A stretch of DNA of 54,711 nt, counting the filler, from Dirinaria sp. TL-2023a (Eukaryota): assembly GCA_051941275.1 (NCBI GenBank). It is 3 parts of 3 records of this genome, joined end to end, with 100 filler letters (N's around TTAATTAATTAA, not from the genome) between each part and the next. Parts side by side here need not be neighbours in the genome. Positions count along the whole stretch, not along the records: positions 1 to 18,178 come from JAVEBF010000395.1; positions 18,279 to 36,449 come from JAVEBF010000396.1; 1 more part is not named here. One strand, 5' to 3'. The notes below the pieces were generated by a model. That model saw nothing but the letters and a program-made list of their open reading frames with translations, searched no databases and was not told where the DNA came from. The position numbers and the translations under genes are program-made. Of this stretch, positions 10,605-23,480 are shown in pieces (positions within the stretch are counted from its first letter, which is position 1; every line of letters starts with the position of its first letter).

Positions 10605-12995
10605 ATGGCAGAGGCAGTAGCTGCGATCGGTGCTCTTGCTGCAATCACACAATTGATCGACCATGGAACAAGACTGGTCACTCGGCTGAACGAGTTCTCT
10701 TCGGTCCTGGGTTACGAATGCCCAAGCTTATTCCAAGATATTCGGGTCAGGCTTCCTCTCGTTCTCAATGTACTCGAACATATGCAGTTACAGACACAGA
10801 AGAGCCAAGTAAACGATAAATTGAATACGGTACAGCCGCTTATTGAGAGCACTTCGAAAAATGTGCTTGAATTGCTGAGACTTGTCGAGAAGATTGTCAA
10901 CCTGGCACGAGGCTCTGGGCTTAAGAAAACTCTGGGTGTAATTCGATCCCTTTTGTCGGATAAGAAGGTCAAGAGGTTGGGCGAACGACTGCAGACTGAC
11001 ATGCAGATCCTTATGTTTTATCAAAGCGTCAATGCCTTCGATCTGAACCAGAAAATAGCGCAGCATCTGTCGTCCGTGACAGGATTCACTCGGGATATCA
11101 GTAAAGCCAAGCCAAGCAACCAGGACGAGGATATTCAACAGGAATGTGAAGATCTGGTCCTTCGTCCACGGGCTGTCACGTCATCTCAGGATAGTCCCTC
11201 GTCAGTGAGAGTCCAAGATTCAATTCAGGACGGAGTGATTTTATCTCTACGACAATCCATGTCCCCTATATCTCCATCGAGCCACGTTCCCTCATTCGGC
11301 TCATCTAGAAATGGAGACTTAATTGTGGACGTAGAAGCGTCACGTCAACTTGACGCTTGTCCGCGATCATGCAGTTGCGTATGTCATGGCATTTGCCAAT
11401 TTCGAGCCCCTTCGTTTTTGACTAGTGCTTTGGGATACCTAGTCTTCACGTCTAGAGGCACCTCCTTCATAAAGGAGACTTGTACCGAACGGATGTGTAA
11501 GCGCAAGTCCAAATTTTCCGCTTCCATGAGTTATCGGTTTCCACCTTGGCTGGTGGCTCGTGCATTTCATTTGTCGGTCTCGTCTTCACCTCGCAATATT
11601 GCCTCGTCTTTAATCGTTTGGAGGGTGCTACCTGGCTCTGCGAGGGTTTTTGCAGTAGTTTCAAATGGAAATGTCAATGAGTTAAGGTCGATGTTTCAAA
11701 AGAGACAGGCTTCAATATATGATGTAAACGAGCAAAATTGGACATTACTTCATGTATGTGATTTCCATGGCGGTCAAAGAGGTCATTACTGAACTAGAAG
11801 CCAGAGTGCCTTTACATTTGGAAGGAAAGACATATGCAAGTTCCTGCTGACAGAAGGTGCGGACGCCAGTATCGAGGCAGATAATGGAAGGTATGTGTTA
11901 CAAGCCTTTCAGTAGAGGCTTTCAACGAACTCTACTGATCATGGCAGCAATGTCATTGAAAGAGCTTGGTTGCATGCTCAGAGCAACTCCAAAACGCCTG
12001 GTGGCTGTGTCATGTTCGACAATGACATCCTCCAGCGTGCTCACCTTGACGATTTCCTCCAGAGTCAGCAGTACAACACCATCCACAAAATCGTTCTCGG
12101 AATCAGCAGATTACCATTGTCACAATTCCTTGAGTCGTCTACTTCTCAGATAGATGGACGAGACATACGAGGAAATTCTCCGCTATATTGGGCATCTGTT
12201 CAAGGTAATGTTGGTGCGGCGCGGACTCTGCTCGAAAAGGGTGCAAACGTCAACCAACGAGGGGCAGTCGGACAGACTCCGCTCCACATCGCTCGTACCG
12301 TTGAAATGACTCAACTGCTGCTACGCTCTGGAGCTGACATGGAAAGTAGAGATGATTCTGAAAGAACACCTCTTCACTGTTTCTGCTACCGTCAGATAGG
12401 CGCTTCAGCTTCTGTGGTCCAAGCATTACTAGAAGCTGGTGCACAGGTAATGGCAGTGGCCTACGGCGGGCAAACTGCATTGCACTATGCGGCGATGTTC
12501 GGAAACACATGCCTCATCCCACTGCTTCGGCGCTTCGGCGCCGACATCAACGCCCTACAAAAGCGGCAGACCACGCCGGTCATGGCCGCAGTGCGCTACG
12601 ACAAGTATGAAGCCATAGAAGCCCTGTTAGATAGCAGCGCAGATGCATCTGTTCTCAACCAAGATGGCCAGAGCATTCTTCACATGGCAGCATTGTATTC
12701 TGACATCCAGAGCCTCTGCGTCCTCACCAACGTTGACTATAGCTTCATCAACGCCGACGCCAAAGACACTAAAGGCTTCAGTCCGAGAGACTACTACGAC
12801 CAACGCAGAGAACGTACTCCAAGCTTAGATGCCGCTTTCGATAGGCTCATGCACCTCGCCGGAGAAAGTACCCATGAATTGTTCAACGGGCCACGAAAAT
12901 CAGATCGACGCGAGAGCAGTGTGGGAATCGCGGCCCCTCGATCCGATATTGATGCAAATAATCTGAGGATCCCTGGCTCTTTCATCGCGCCTTGA
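10605..12995 (+). CDS. NLR-related protein: SesA-like N-terminal domain, Cys/His-rich linker and ankyrin repeats; exons 10605-11753, 11805-11890, 11948-12995
   Basis: The N-terminus AEAVAAIGALAAITQLIDHGTRLVTRLNEF..F.DI...LPL resembles fungal STAND N-terminal (SesA) domains. It is followed by CSCVCH..C..C and repeated ankyrin motifs (WTLLH, GNSPLYWA, GQTPLH, RTPLH, GQTALHYA, TTPVMAA, GQSILHMA). Introns 11754-11804 and 11891-11947 restore the frame. Confidence 0.85.
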
Positions 12996-13199
12996 ATCAA
13001 TAAGAATATAATGAGTGAGATTTGACAATTAGTTCATCTAGGGTCGTAAAAGAAGGCTAAGCAATTTGAATATTTCCTAAAGTGGTTTCAATCCCCTATA
13101 CTCCGTAAGGAGTCTATGCTCCGTATTCGCGGTCGGGAACCGGGATGGAGGGTTGACAGGAGGAGGTCCGTTGTAAGGTTGATATAAGGTAATCCCTAC

Positions 13200-13760
13200 A
13201 TTGGCCCCGGAGGGCATTGAAAACCCTGTCCATCTCGAAAGCTAATGCAATCACCTGTACTAATTCCATGGGTTTCCAGTCCCGCAACCCATTCCTTCCC
13301 GTAGGAGTGATTCCCGGCCATAATCTTGAATAACTTTTCGGTGATCTGGACAATCCCAAGCCGCTTCAAAAGCCGAGGCATGACTGAATCTCCATAACGT
13401 CCACTGTTCTGCGCCCCGTCCACCAGTATTCTTCTGTGAAGTGAATCGAATCCTTCTTATAGCTGAGAAAGTAGTGTGTCAAAGCCCAGCAGTGTCTTTC
13501 ATCCTCTGCTGCGGCTTTGACCACCTCTTCCGTACGATGAACTTCATGTGGTCGCTTGCTCAGCAACACCAATATCACATCATCTGCCCGGCTTCGACTT
13601 CTTATGCGATGATTATCACGTCCTCCGTGATCTCTACTTCGGTCTTCGGGTGGGAAGGAAGTCACATTCATTGTCTTTCTCGTAATTGGCGTACGATTTT
13701 CTGAGTCTTCGGAGTCATTTCTGACTCTCTCTAATATCATCACGGCAAGATCTACCACCC
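13200..13760 (-). pseudogene. Frameshifted relic of a fungal 'ITEEVVKAAAGN'-type helical-repeat protein
   Basis: Repeat units occur in different frames: VEITEDVIIIA*, VHRTEEVVKAAAED, IHFTEE/ILVDGAQN, VQITEKLFKIMAGNHSYGKE. Confidence 0.6.
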
Positions 13761-14798
13761 AAATCGCATATATCGATTATTTTAGAGCTTCAAATTGACT
13801 TAGGTAATAGTCGATATAACCCGTTTTGAGATGAAAAGTCCTGATATTTAATGATCTGCTACATATAATTTACAGAGGTGCGTAATCTGCCCATGCAGGG
13901 AATTGATAACTTTTTCAAGTGTCAAGCATTCGCAATTCAATTGCACACTTCAAATGCTCGAATCCGCTCAGATTATAGCGCGAGCGTGACTATGGACCTT
14001 GGTTGGGGTTTATCGCGTCGGGACTGAAATGATAAGGATCTCGCGAGTACCAATTGGACTGGTCTTGGGTAGCAAGACCAGGTCGTCTTCAGGTAGATGG
14101 TCGTCCCGTCCCTTCATCATTCCGTTTGTTTCTCCTCTGACTTAGTAGTGAGGATTGCGCTAGCCGAGGCTTATGGCGTCATGCTACATCTCTTACTTGT
14201 ATCTTCCTCAGCTTCCATTGCTCGAACTTTATCCTGGCTTCAATAATACGATCAATCCGCTCTCGATCAACGCCATGATGCAATCATTCCTTCTTGTCAT
14301 GCAAGCCCAGATCCTTCGGCTCGATCCTGAGCTGCAGCCTGCAGCCCTCGAAGGACCCCGCCTTGCTCGCCAATCGCATCCTCCTATGTCAAGTCGCTGC
14401 CATTCTCCCTCTGACGTTGATCAGTAGTGGCCTGGTGTCCGTGGTATCTTAAAGGCACTTAGATATTAGGTATGTAAGTATGAAAGTAATAGGAGATCTA
14501 TCAGAAATGAGACGCACTGCGTCCTTCAGGATGGCCGCCTGGTCGTCAAAAATGCAGGCTTAGGGCCGGTGTACCGATTTGACGCACACAATTCGTATGG
14601 AAACTATGAAGCAGACCAAGCTTTGCACTAAGGTACAATATATTACGCGCGAAGGAGCTTATGTGAAGTCTCCTGCAAATCTTCTGCTGGTCGAAAGCAA
14701 AGCGCGACTAAAGCGGAACAAGGCATATACTATTGTACTACGATAATTGCTTGTGTTCAATTTACCCTTCCCATTCCATTGATACGACCAGAAATAAC

Positions 14799-16590
14799 AT
14801 GGATGTCATTGAGACAGATATTAGGCCTAATGAAAATGGCGCATTTAGAACTGGTAGTGAGGAAAGGAGCACCAGTTCGACAAACGGGAAAAGAGCTTTA
14901 AATGACATCCAACAATCGGACAGCACTCTTCTTGGATCTAGACTTGACAAGATAGTGGCAGAGAAAAGCCTCGAGGATGCAGACGAGGCAATGCAGATTA
15001 CACGAGAGCACGGCAATGATGGACCAATAATTCTCAACGAGGCAGACACACGACAGCTTCTACGGAAGATCGATCGGAACATTTTGCCTGTAATGTGTCT
15101 TGTCTACGGTCTCAATTTTTTGGACAAGACCACCCTTTCCTATGCCAGCATCATGGGCTTGGAGGAGGACCTCCATCTGACAAAGAACAACTATCAATGG
15201 TTGGGTTCTATCTTCTACTTCGGCTATTTAGGCTTCGAGTATCCCACTAGCAGGCTTCTCCAGCGTCTTCCGCTGGCCAAATATTCAGGCGCAAACGTCA
15301 TCTTGTGGGGAACTGTACTTGCTTGCACAGCTGCATGCACCAATTTCGGGAGCATCGCAGCTGTCCGATTCACATTAGGCATGCTGGAAGCATCGGTGAC
15401 CCCGGGATTCGTTCTCTTCACCTCACAATGGTATACCAAGAAAGAGCAAGGCACCAGGACGGGTATTTGGTTCAGTTTCAATGGATTTTCCACCGTGCTA
15501 GGCGGGTTAGTCGCCTACGGGATCGCTAAAGGATCGTTGGGAAGGCATGAGACGATTGCGAGCTGGAAAATCCTGTTTCTTGTCTGGGGACTCGTCACCT
15601 TCGTCGCAGGAGTGTGTTTCGTGCTCGTTATGCCGGACAACCCGCTCAAAGCGCGGTTTTTGAGCCCGCAAGAAAGGAGACTGGCAGTGGAGAGAACCAG
15701 GACGAACCAGCAAGGCATTGGCAACAAGCGCTTCAAACGATACCAATTTAAGGAGGCGATGACAGATCCGCAGACGTGGGCATTCGTTCTTTTCGCCTTA
15801 TTCTGGGACATACCTAATGGCGGAATCGGTAACTTCTTCAGCCAACTGGTCGTGAGCTTTGGTTTCACACCCACAGAGGTTCTTCGCCAGTAATTAAATC
15901 CTGTTCTCCGGAATATGCTAATCGTTTCCAGTCGCTCCTTTACGGCTGCCCGAACGGCGCCATTGGCGCAATCGCACTGCTAATGTCTGGCTATCTGGGC
16001 GACCGATTCAATCAAAGATTACTGGTATCCAGCATTGGCCTGTGGATCGCGATGATCGGCATGGTCCTCATCGTCGCTTTGCCTCTCAGCAATAAGGGAG
16101 GTCGGCTGGCTGGCTACTACATGATCAGCATGACCACGGTCGCTTTCGCCAGCATTTTGAGTCTAATCAGCAGCAATGTGGCAGGCCACACAAAGAAGAC
16201 CACTGTAGCAGCGCTATTCCTCATCGCGTACTGTGCAGGCAACATCATCGGACCCCAGACTTTTGTCGCGCGAGAAGCGCCCCGGTACAGAGGAGCGGAA
16301 ATCACTATTCTTGGTACGTGCAAACTCCTGTCTACCCCTGTCGCCGATTTAGGGAAACCGCCTTTAAGTGTTGCCTGAAGAAGGGGGACGACAGCTGACC
16401 ATGTTTTTGCACCACCATAGTATGCTGGGGGATCAGCGGACTGCTGATGGGGTTTATATGGTGGTATTACAAGATCCAGAACCGTCGCAAAGCGGCCATC
16501 AGGGCGGATCCTGGGTACAGGAAACTTGAGAACAGCGAATGGCTCGATTTGACCGATCGCGAGAATGTAGAGCTCGTGTATACGCTGTGA
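14799..16590 (+). CDS. MFS transporter, allantoate permease (DAL5-like, ACS family); exons 14799-15878, 15932-16313, 16421-16590
   Basis: Motifs LLRKIDRNILP, FLDKTTLSYASIMG, WLGSIFYFGYL, QWYTKKEQGTR, NQQGIGNK, IPNGG, SNVAGHTKK, GNIIGPQTF and C-terminal DLTDRENxxxxY; two GT-AG introns. Confidence 0.92.
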
Positions 16591-17111
16591 ATTTGTAGAG
16601 TACTTCTTGCGAATAACATGAGGGGAGAGACATATTTCTCGAGCAACTAACCTGCAAGGAGCTGAAAATCCATGTTAGCAAGGTCTGCAAAAACGCACCG
16701 TGATGTTGCTTTCAAATCACAGTATCATCGCTGAAGCAACCTTTACCAGCTTTACTCATCAGCCAAAGAAAACATACCTCGAGTTCTTGAACAAATCGCG
16801 TTCATAAGGGTATGCCGCATTCTCCCCTAAAACCATTAATTCCTTCAGCCTGCCAAAAGTCAAAAAAGGAAGGAGGGAAAAAAAAAAAAAAAAAAAGAGA
16901 GTACGCTACACTCTACCTACCAACCCCTTCCTCCTCTCTGCACCCATACGGTAAACCATCCTAGCACCCTTTTAGCTTACTACTCTCCAAGGTAAGCCAC
17001 AACATATAACTCACTAATTAACTACTCTCTATATATAAATATATATACTTCAACATATCTTTCGCAAACAAATCTCAAACTTTGTTTCTGTTTCTGTTTC
17101 GGCGAGTAGAA

Positions 17112-18178
17112 TGTGACAGGGTGCTTCAAACCGTACGCACCTGCGGGCCTCAGAGTCCGCAGTGCGCTTTTCTCACGAACATCTTAGAAAGCATGCGAGT
17201 TACCGCTTCGCGTTCTGAATAGCTACACGAGTTTTTCTCGTCAACGTTCGTTGAAGCGAGACGAAAGAAGAGCAGAGGTTCGAGCACGATTTATCTAGAT
17301 CATGAGACTGCGTGATAGACATATAGCGTGTAAGTTACTAAGTATTCGATAGAGAAACTATTGACTAATTCAGAACGAAGAGATCTGAGAATCATGCGAA
17401 ATTATAATCATCGAGCGTTTATATCAACTTCCCGCGTCATTTCGATTTCATTGTCTAACAGCCCCTCGCTGTTCGCAGATTCATATCTCTTTGAGCTCTA
17501 GATAACAAGATTGTCGAGATATCCGACGCGTCTTTCCCGTCTCATCGAATTGATGCTGAGTTACCCTTGGGAGCCTATTCTTCTTGCATCGGGTTGATGC
17601 TGAGTTACCCTTGAGAGCCTATCCTTCTTGCATCGGGTTGATGCTGAGTCATACCTGAGAATTCTACCCTCTTGCTTTTCGATGCCTTGATACACGATGC
17701 TCCGACGTACTCTATGCAATACTCTCAGTGCGATTGGATAGATTTCCGCAAGGCGATATTTGAAGTTCATGGGATTCCGCAGTGCTCCGACCGATCATGG
17801 CGATTTCCGCAATGCTCCCGGTTGAAGCCCTAGGTCCATCGTTACAGAGAATAAATATCATCGTTCTATTCGTATTCAATGTCCTAGAATTTATATTTTG
17901 GGAGATTGTTGGGGGGAAAAAAAAAAAAAAAAAAAAAAAAAAAAGATGCATCTTGTGCGCGGGATCCTCTGAGAACCACAGAATTTGAGAATTTGATTAT
18001 TGAGATAAATAACAATGCAAAGCAATCGAGATCCGTTCGTGGCCGAGCAGGAGTATATTCAATGAATGTGAGAGGATATTGTGCTTTTAGATTTGTACTT
18101 GGAAGTGGCGAGTCAAACTCTCAGCGCGGCCAAAAACGATAAATAAGTCACCTAGACCCCTTCTTCCTTCCTCAATAT
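17112..18178 (-). mobile_element. Probable degenerate LTR-retrotransposon remnant: 3' LTR ~17460-17112 plus decayed internal sequence running into the gap
   Basis: On the minus strand the 349-bp segment starts TGTTAGAC and ends GTCACA (TG..CA). It is immediately preceded by purine-rich AGCGAGGGGC (PPT-like). The sequence looks mutated and has no intact ORF. Confidence 0.45.
17550..17650. repeat. 44-bp tandem repeat, 2.3 copies
   Basis: ttgatgctgagttacccttg(g/a)gagcctat(t/c)cttcttgcatcggg starts at 17550 and 17594, with a partial copy at 17638. Confidence 0.9.
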
Positions 18179-18278
18179 NNNNNNNNNNNNNNNNNNNNNN
18201 NNNNNNNNNNNNNNNNNNNNNNTTAATTAATTAANNNNNNNNNNNNNNNNNNNNNNNNNNNNNNNNNNNNNNNNNNNN
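18179..18278. other. Artificial contig linker / assembly gap
   Basis: 44 N + TTAATTAATTAA (stops in all six frames) + 44 N. Confidence 0.97.
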
Positions 18279-21200
18279 CCCCAAAACCCTCACCTCCTCG
18301 ACCGCCGCTCCAATCTCATACGCCCCCTGACTCAGCGCGCAAACCCCCAATTCAACCGTCGTCTCCTGCCCAGCCTGCAACACAGGTAAAACGCGCTGCA
18401 GAAGCCCGTTCCACAGAAACTTCTTGCTGAGATCCAGAGCGATGTTGTGAGGTTGATTCCGTAGTGTGGGCTGGAGGCGTAGGAGCGGATGGATGGGCGC
18501 AGGGGAGCGGTTTAGGATGTGTGTCCTGAGGGTGAAGAAGGTCGATGTAGGGACCTCGAAGGCCGCGCGGCCGGTCTGCTTTACTACGGATACGGCGGAG
18601 TCTTCTTCTGCTGGGGTTGTTTTATGATCTGGGGAGGAGGAGGAGGAGGGCAGGACCGAGAACCGGATACCCACGTCATCGAGTTTGAGCGCGGAAACCA
18701 TCCTGGCACTGAGTCGGAGGGATCTTAGGTTGATTGTTCCTGTGCGGCCTGTGGAGTCTTCGCGCCATGTGGCGCGGATTCGCTTCAGCAGCTCTTCGCG
18801 GTACCAGAAGGCTTCCCTGGCAGCGAGCTCTGCCTCTGGACTTGTGGCGCGCGTGGCGGAGACGACGTACTGCCGTTTGGTGGCTTTATTAAGGGAGGGG
18901 ATGGGAGCGTGGGGGTTGGAGATGTAGAGACGTGGCAGAATGAGGACCAGGCGGGAGGTATGCCCCGGTTGCATGGTTTCGTGGAGCGTGTAGGCACGTT
19001 TCGAAGTGTCCGAGGAAGGCTTGGAGGGGTTCCGGAGAACTTCGACAGAAGTGGTGACGAGGTTGGGCCAGGAGTTGCGGAGATCGAGGAGGAGAAGGAC
19101 GTGTTCTTCCTCTTGCGAATGGATGCCCAGGCGGGAAAGGAGAGAGCTGAATTTGTTGTCCTGGTTGGATTTCTTAGTGGAAGCTGAGGAATGGCGTCGG
19201 TTTTCGGGAGTGCTCGAAGCGCTGGAGCTACTTGAAGGGGGCTGCGAGCCACGCTGTTGATTCCGCCAGACAAAGTCGCTAGTGAAAGGGATAAGGTCGT
19301 TTCGAAGGAGGTCTACGCTGGCGTTTACGGTGACAGCGAGTGGGATTTTAAGCTGCCGAGTATAGAAGCGGTCCTTGACCTCTGCCCTAGGGACACCAAG
19401 GTAGGCAAAGTCAGTTTGAATAGTTCCATGAGATAGGCCTGGTTTGCCGTAAATCCGGACTTCGAAGGTGAAGGTGCCTCCTGGATCTATTGCTGGTTCC
19501 AGATCGGAGGCTGTTTGAACCCGTTGAAAAGACTGATTTTGAGTCGCAGAAAGCTCAAGTTCGTAAAGCTCGGCAAGAGTGAGATCTTTGTTTGAAAGTG
19601 CGGCTTGAAGCTGGGACGCTGTGGAGTCTGTGAAAGATATGAGGACCAGGTCTGCAGGCACCTGCGAGGATATATTCTGTAATGTAACCGTAAATGTCTT
19701 GCTTTCTCCCTCCAGCAGCATCACTGCTGACTGAGGGAGAGACATCGACTTGAAGCTCACGTTTGGCTGGGCCTCGATGACACTCAAGCGAAGAGATGAT
19801 ATCACCGGACCGTGCTTCCTGGGATCTAAGAAGCTCGATAACGACTCAGTAGCGGTCTCCTCTTCAGCCACATGCATTGCCGTAAGGCCTTGAATTCGGG
19901 TTTTGGTGTCCAATTTCAGTGTCCAAGGTTCAGCAAAGAGAGGGAAGCGCCTTTCTCGACAACCCTTTATCTTGGCTATACAACCTGTTATAAATGCTGT
20001 TCCAGCTGCTGATGGAACTCCTTTTAGCCCCATTGTTTGCGTTCTGTACGGTCCAACTATCGTACTAACCGGAGATGACTCAAAGGGAATCCCCTTCGAT
20101 TCGAGCTCAATACTCTCAATCTCCAGATCGAAATCATATAGATTCTGTACGGTAACACGAAGTACAACGTTCTCCCCGGATACTACTGTAGGCTCGGACC
20201 GATTTGATGCGGTCCTGTCGCCAAACGGATTATATATGAACGGGTTTTTCACGGCTTGAGCCTTGGTTGTGGATGCGACCTCTAATTCAGACTTGGCATG
20301 GAGCATGGGAATTTTCCGGGTGCTGAGATCAGGTAATTCGATGCCTCGAACTAGAAATTCATCCCAGTATTCTGCTTCTAACGCGGCTAATCCAAGCTGC
20401 TGGCCGGCGTTCAGCGTCCGGGAGATATTGTTCGCCAGGCGAACCTGGTCGTCGATGGGCAAAGCAGGCGATCCATCACTACTTTCTTGTCCCGGTGCGA
20501 CTCCACTCCCTGCTGTTCGCAAAGTGTCCGCAGAGAAGCGCAGGACACCTCCAAGGTCCGGCAGAGCCTCACAGATGTTGATACAAGCTTGAAGTACATC
20601 CAGCTTGAGTTGCTGGGCCCCGAAAGAGGCTCCAGATGCTTGCTGGACTGCACGAGCAATGATGTTGTCATCTGAATCATAAGACGGCAAAGTTCCACCA
20701 TGATCAACATTCGCACAGTTGTCTTTACCATCCGCGTCCAGTGTTGTTGGACCTGCAAGTATAATTCCATACCTTTGACAGATCATACCAAGAAAGTTGC
20801 GAAGCCCATGTTCCGTATTGCCTATGCGATCATCGGCAAGCCTTGGAGTCGCGTTGCCAACGGCAGCACTCAGAGCTATCAGACTTGCCGCTGGATGGAC
20901 TCCCATCTGGGCAGCTCCATCCTTTCGCGCCTGAACTAGGGCAGGTAGCAGCGCAGCTGCAAGCTCTTTCAGGACAAGTGCGTTCTTTCGCTGATAGCCT
21001 AATTCTGAGAGAACTGATGAGATAGCAGCAAGGATGGCAATACGGTCCGCTATGGGAAGAGTGCCACCTGAGTTGGGATTCGGGAACGCTCTGAAAAGAG
21101 TAGTCATAATTTCACCTTTGGTAAGGAATGGTCTCGCCCTCTCCAGTGCAATTCGATCAACAACTAAATCTGCGTTCAATACCACTCTTCGAAGGCCTCG

Positions 21201-22845
21201 ATCATCAAGTAGACCATGAGAATGCTGTATGACCGTCATCAGCTTACAAAAGCGAACCACGGTTTCTGAATATGATATCGCAGGTACTTTGTCGTCGGTA
21301 TACGTCCACGCACGAGTGTATAGGCTTAAAATATTGTTGACCAGTTCAGGTAGTAGATTGAGGAGGTTCTGGACTGACACTAGGTAGCTCGTTGTACCGG
21401 TAGATTCATTCTGCACACTGTCTGACAGCTTTTGGCTCGAAGTCTTAGTGTTACTGGAGCCTGGTTTTTCGAGAGCTGGATACAAAATTGGTGGAATCTA
21501 AAGACGATCAGCATTTTCGATCGCATAGCTACTCGAGAAGAGTTTGGAGATGGTAAGCAAGACATTACACTAGCTTACTTTGAAATCGATGCCTGCCCAA
21601 GCCTCCAACAGAAGGGTGACTAGTATATAGTCCAGTGCTTTGGCAGTCCACATATAATCATTGTTTGTCTTAGACACAGTTACACTTTCGGAAAGCTCTT
21701 TAATGGCGTCTGGCCACCTCCCAGCAAGTAAGTACGTGGCACCGATCACGATACCAACGCGGCCTTTGCCCTTCATTCTTTCCCTTTCACCTAGCCCGCC
21801 AGCCCCGAACCCCTGCATTGGCAATGTATCCTCACTATTGTGCCTGTTGTCGCTTCCCATCTTCTGAAAAGGTAAAGGCTGTACTCGAGCACCAGCAATC
21901 TCGTCAAACGTGGTGGCCGGCGACTGTACACGGCTTGGTGGTGAGCGAGCTCGAGCTTCAGACTTCGTATCCTGAGACTTTAAATCAGATGGCAGATTTA
22001 CCGGCATAGACATGCGATGTTGGTATTTGGAATCTCTTTTTGTAGGTGAGATAGATCGAGAGCCTTGGGCCGAGGACGTTGGTCGATTCGAATTGTCAGA
22101 TCCATTTCCATCATTGTAATCATTGCCGGGGGCATCTCTTGGTGATTGTATCGTAGGAAGTGCTTGTAGGGACTTTGCGAGAGTGGTCATCTCGCCTAGG
22201 AGCTTGGATGCTAGGTCGCACATGATAGTTCTCATTGTTGTGGTCTTTGAGTTTTCTGGCGACGGTACAATCACAATGGCATCTGGTATTGATTTTGTAC
22301 ATTTAGCGTGATCAAATAGGAAAATCTGATGTACTAATGCCCGTGGATATGTGTCCTTGATGCTCTCCAAGCCTTCGAGTAGTTCTTCATGCTCCCTAGA
22401 TCCATAGTCTTCCGTAGCTGGCTGAGCTCCCAACCCGTCTATAATCTTGTGATCTTCGCTCCTGTTACAGCAGACTTTTCCGTCTGCTAGCGCTACAACG
22501 GCTAAAGGCTCCCGGTATAACTCGAAAGGAGACAGCGATGAGTGAGAGGATACTGGGACCGACGTAGAGAGATCGTATAGAATTGAGCCTGCTGGGAAGG
22601 CAAGTGGGGAGAACATTGCTGTTTACCAAAGCTATCAGTATCCAATATGCCTGTCTCGCCAGATGAATGAGATCGTTACTCCTATGTGGCCTTCCATCAG
22701 GGCTAATATCCCCCAAGCGCACGACATTCTCTTGACCGAGTCTGTCGACAAAGCTCGAAAATCTCGCCGACGTGATACGTCCTAGAGGCAGTAGTAGAAC
22801 TCTGACACGTCCAGGGGCAATGAAAGAGACCGGATCAAGGCCCAT
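18279..22845 (-). CDS. TRS120: TRAPP II complex subunit Trs120 (TRAPPC9/HypA-like), 3' end truncated by the gap; exons 22845-22680, 22618-21579, 21497-<18279
   Basis: Motifs DPVSFIAPGRVRVLLLP, VRLGDISPDGRPHR|TMFSPLAFPAG, LSPFELYREPL, LLAGRWPDAIKEL, AEYWDEFLVRG, NPFIYNPF, LLLLDLRNSWP, EAFWYREELLK. Introns are 22619-22679 and 21498-21578. Confidence 0.92.
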
Positions 22846-23480
22846 GGCGCTGGGAGAAGTAGCTATACAGTTTTTTGGACGCTCGCAATGAGCTGGATGG
22901 GAAGGTCACCGCCCTCAGATCCATGACCATTTGTACGGTATGTATTCGGAAGGCTCTTCCAGGAATTGGCACACCTTAAGGACGCTTGCTTGGTGCTCGG
23001 AGCATCGATGAGAGAAACAGAGAGATCCTGTAGTACCTTGGCTTATGAGCAGAATCGATAGTACAGTAAGTGCTGATTCCCTTTCAACATTGATTGTTCG
23101 GACATAACCCCAATTAAACCCGCCCGCCAAGACATCTTGGAAGCCTGAGAATGAACATTAGACATATGATGCAGTCGCTTCCATGGCGAGGCTGCCTGGC
23201 TATCATTGCCACCACTTTCCTTCATAACTCTGACACTTTGTCTTTTTTCATGTGCTGCATTTATAGGCGCTTCGGGAACGGCGTTGACCATCCTTTTCTC
23301 CTTCTCTCTCTCAAAGTTAAACAACACAATCAGTTCGAGTACGCGCCATCCAGCTTACACGGTCTACCAAAGTATGTTCTAAAGTATTCGTTCTCACACA
23401 CCTCTTTGCATACCACGTTCACTGAACTTCTCTATACAACCTGGAAGCGTTGCCGGAGCTTTCTGTAAGCTTCGACTGCC

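Noticed and set aside
18179..18278. TTAATTAATTAA palindrome inside N runs (also 36450-36549)
   Set aside because: Identical 44N-12-44N format twice: a synthetic six-frame-stop linker, not biology. ORFs ending there have false stops.
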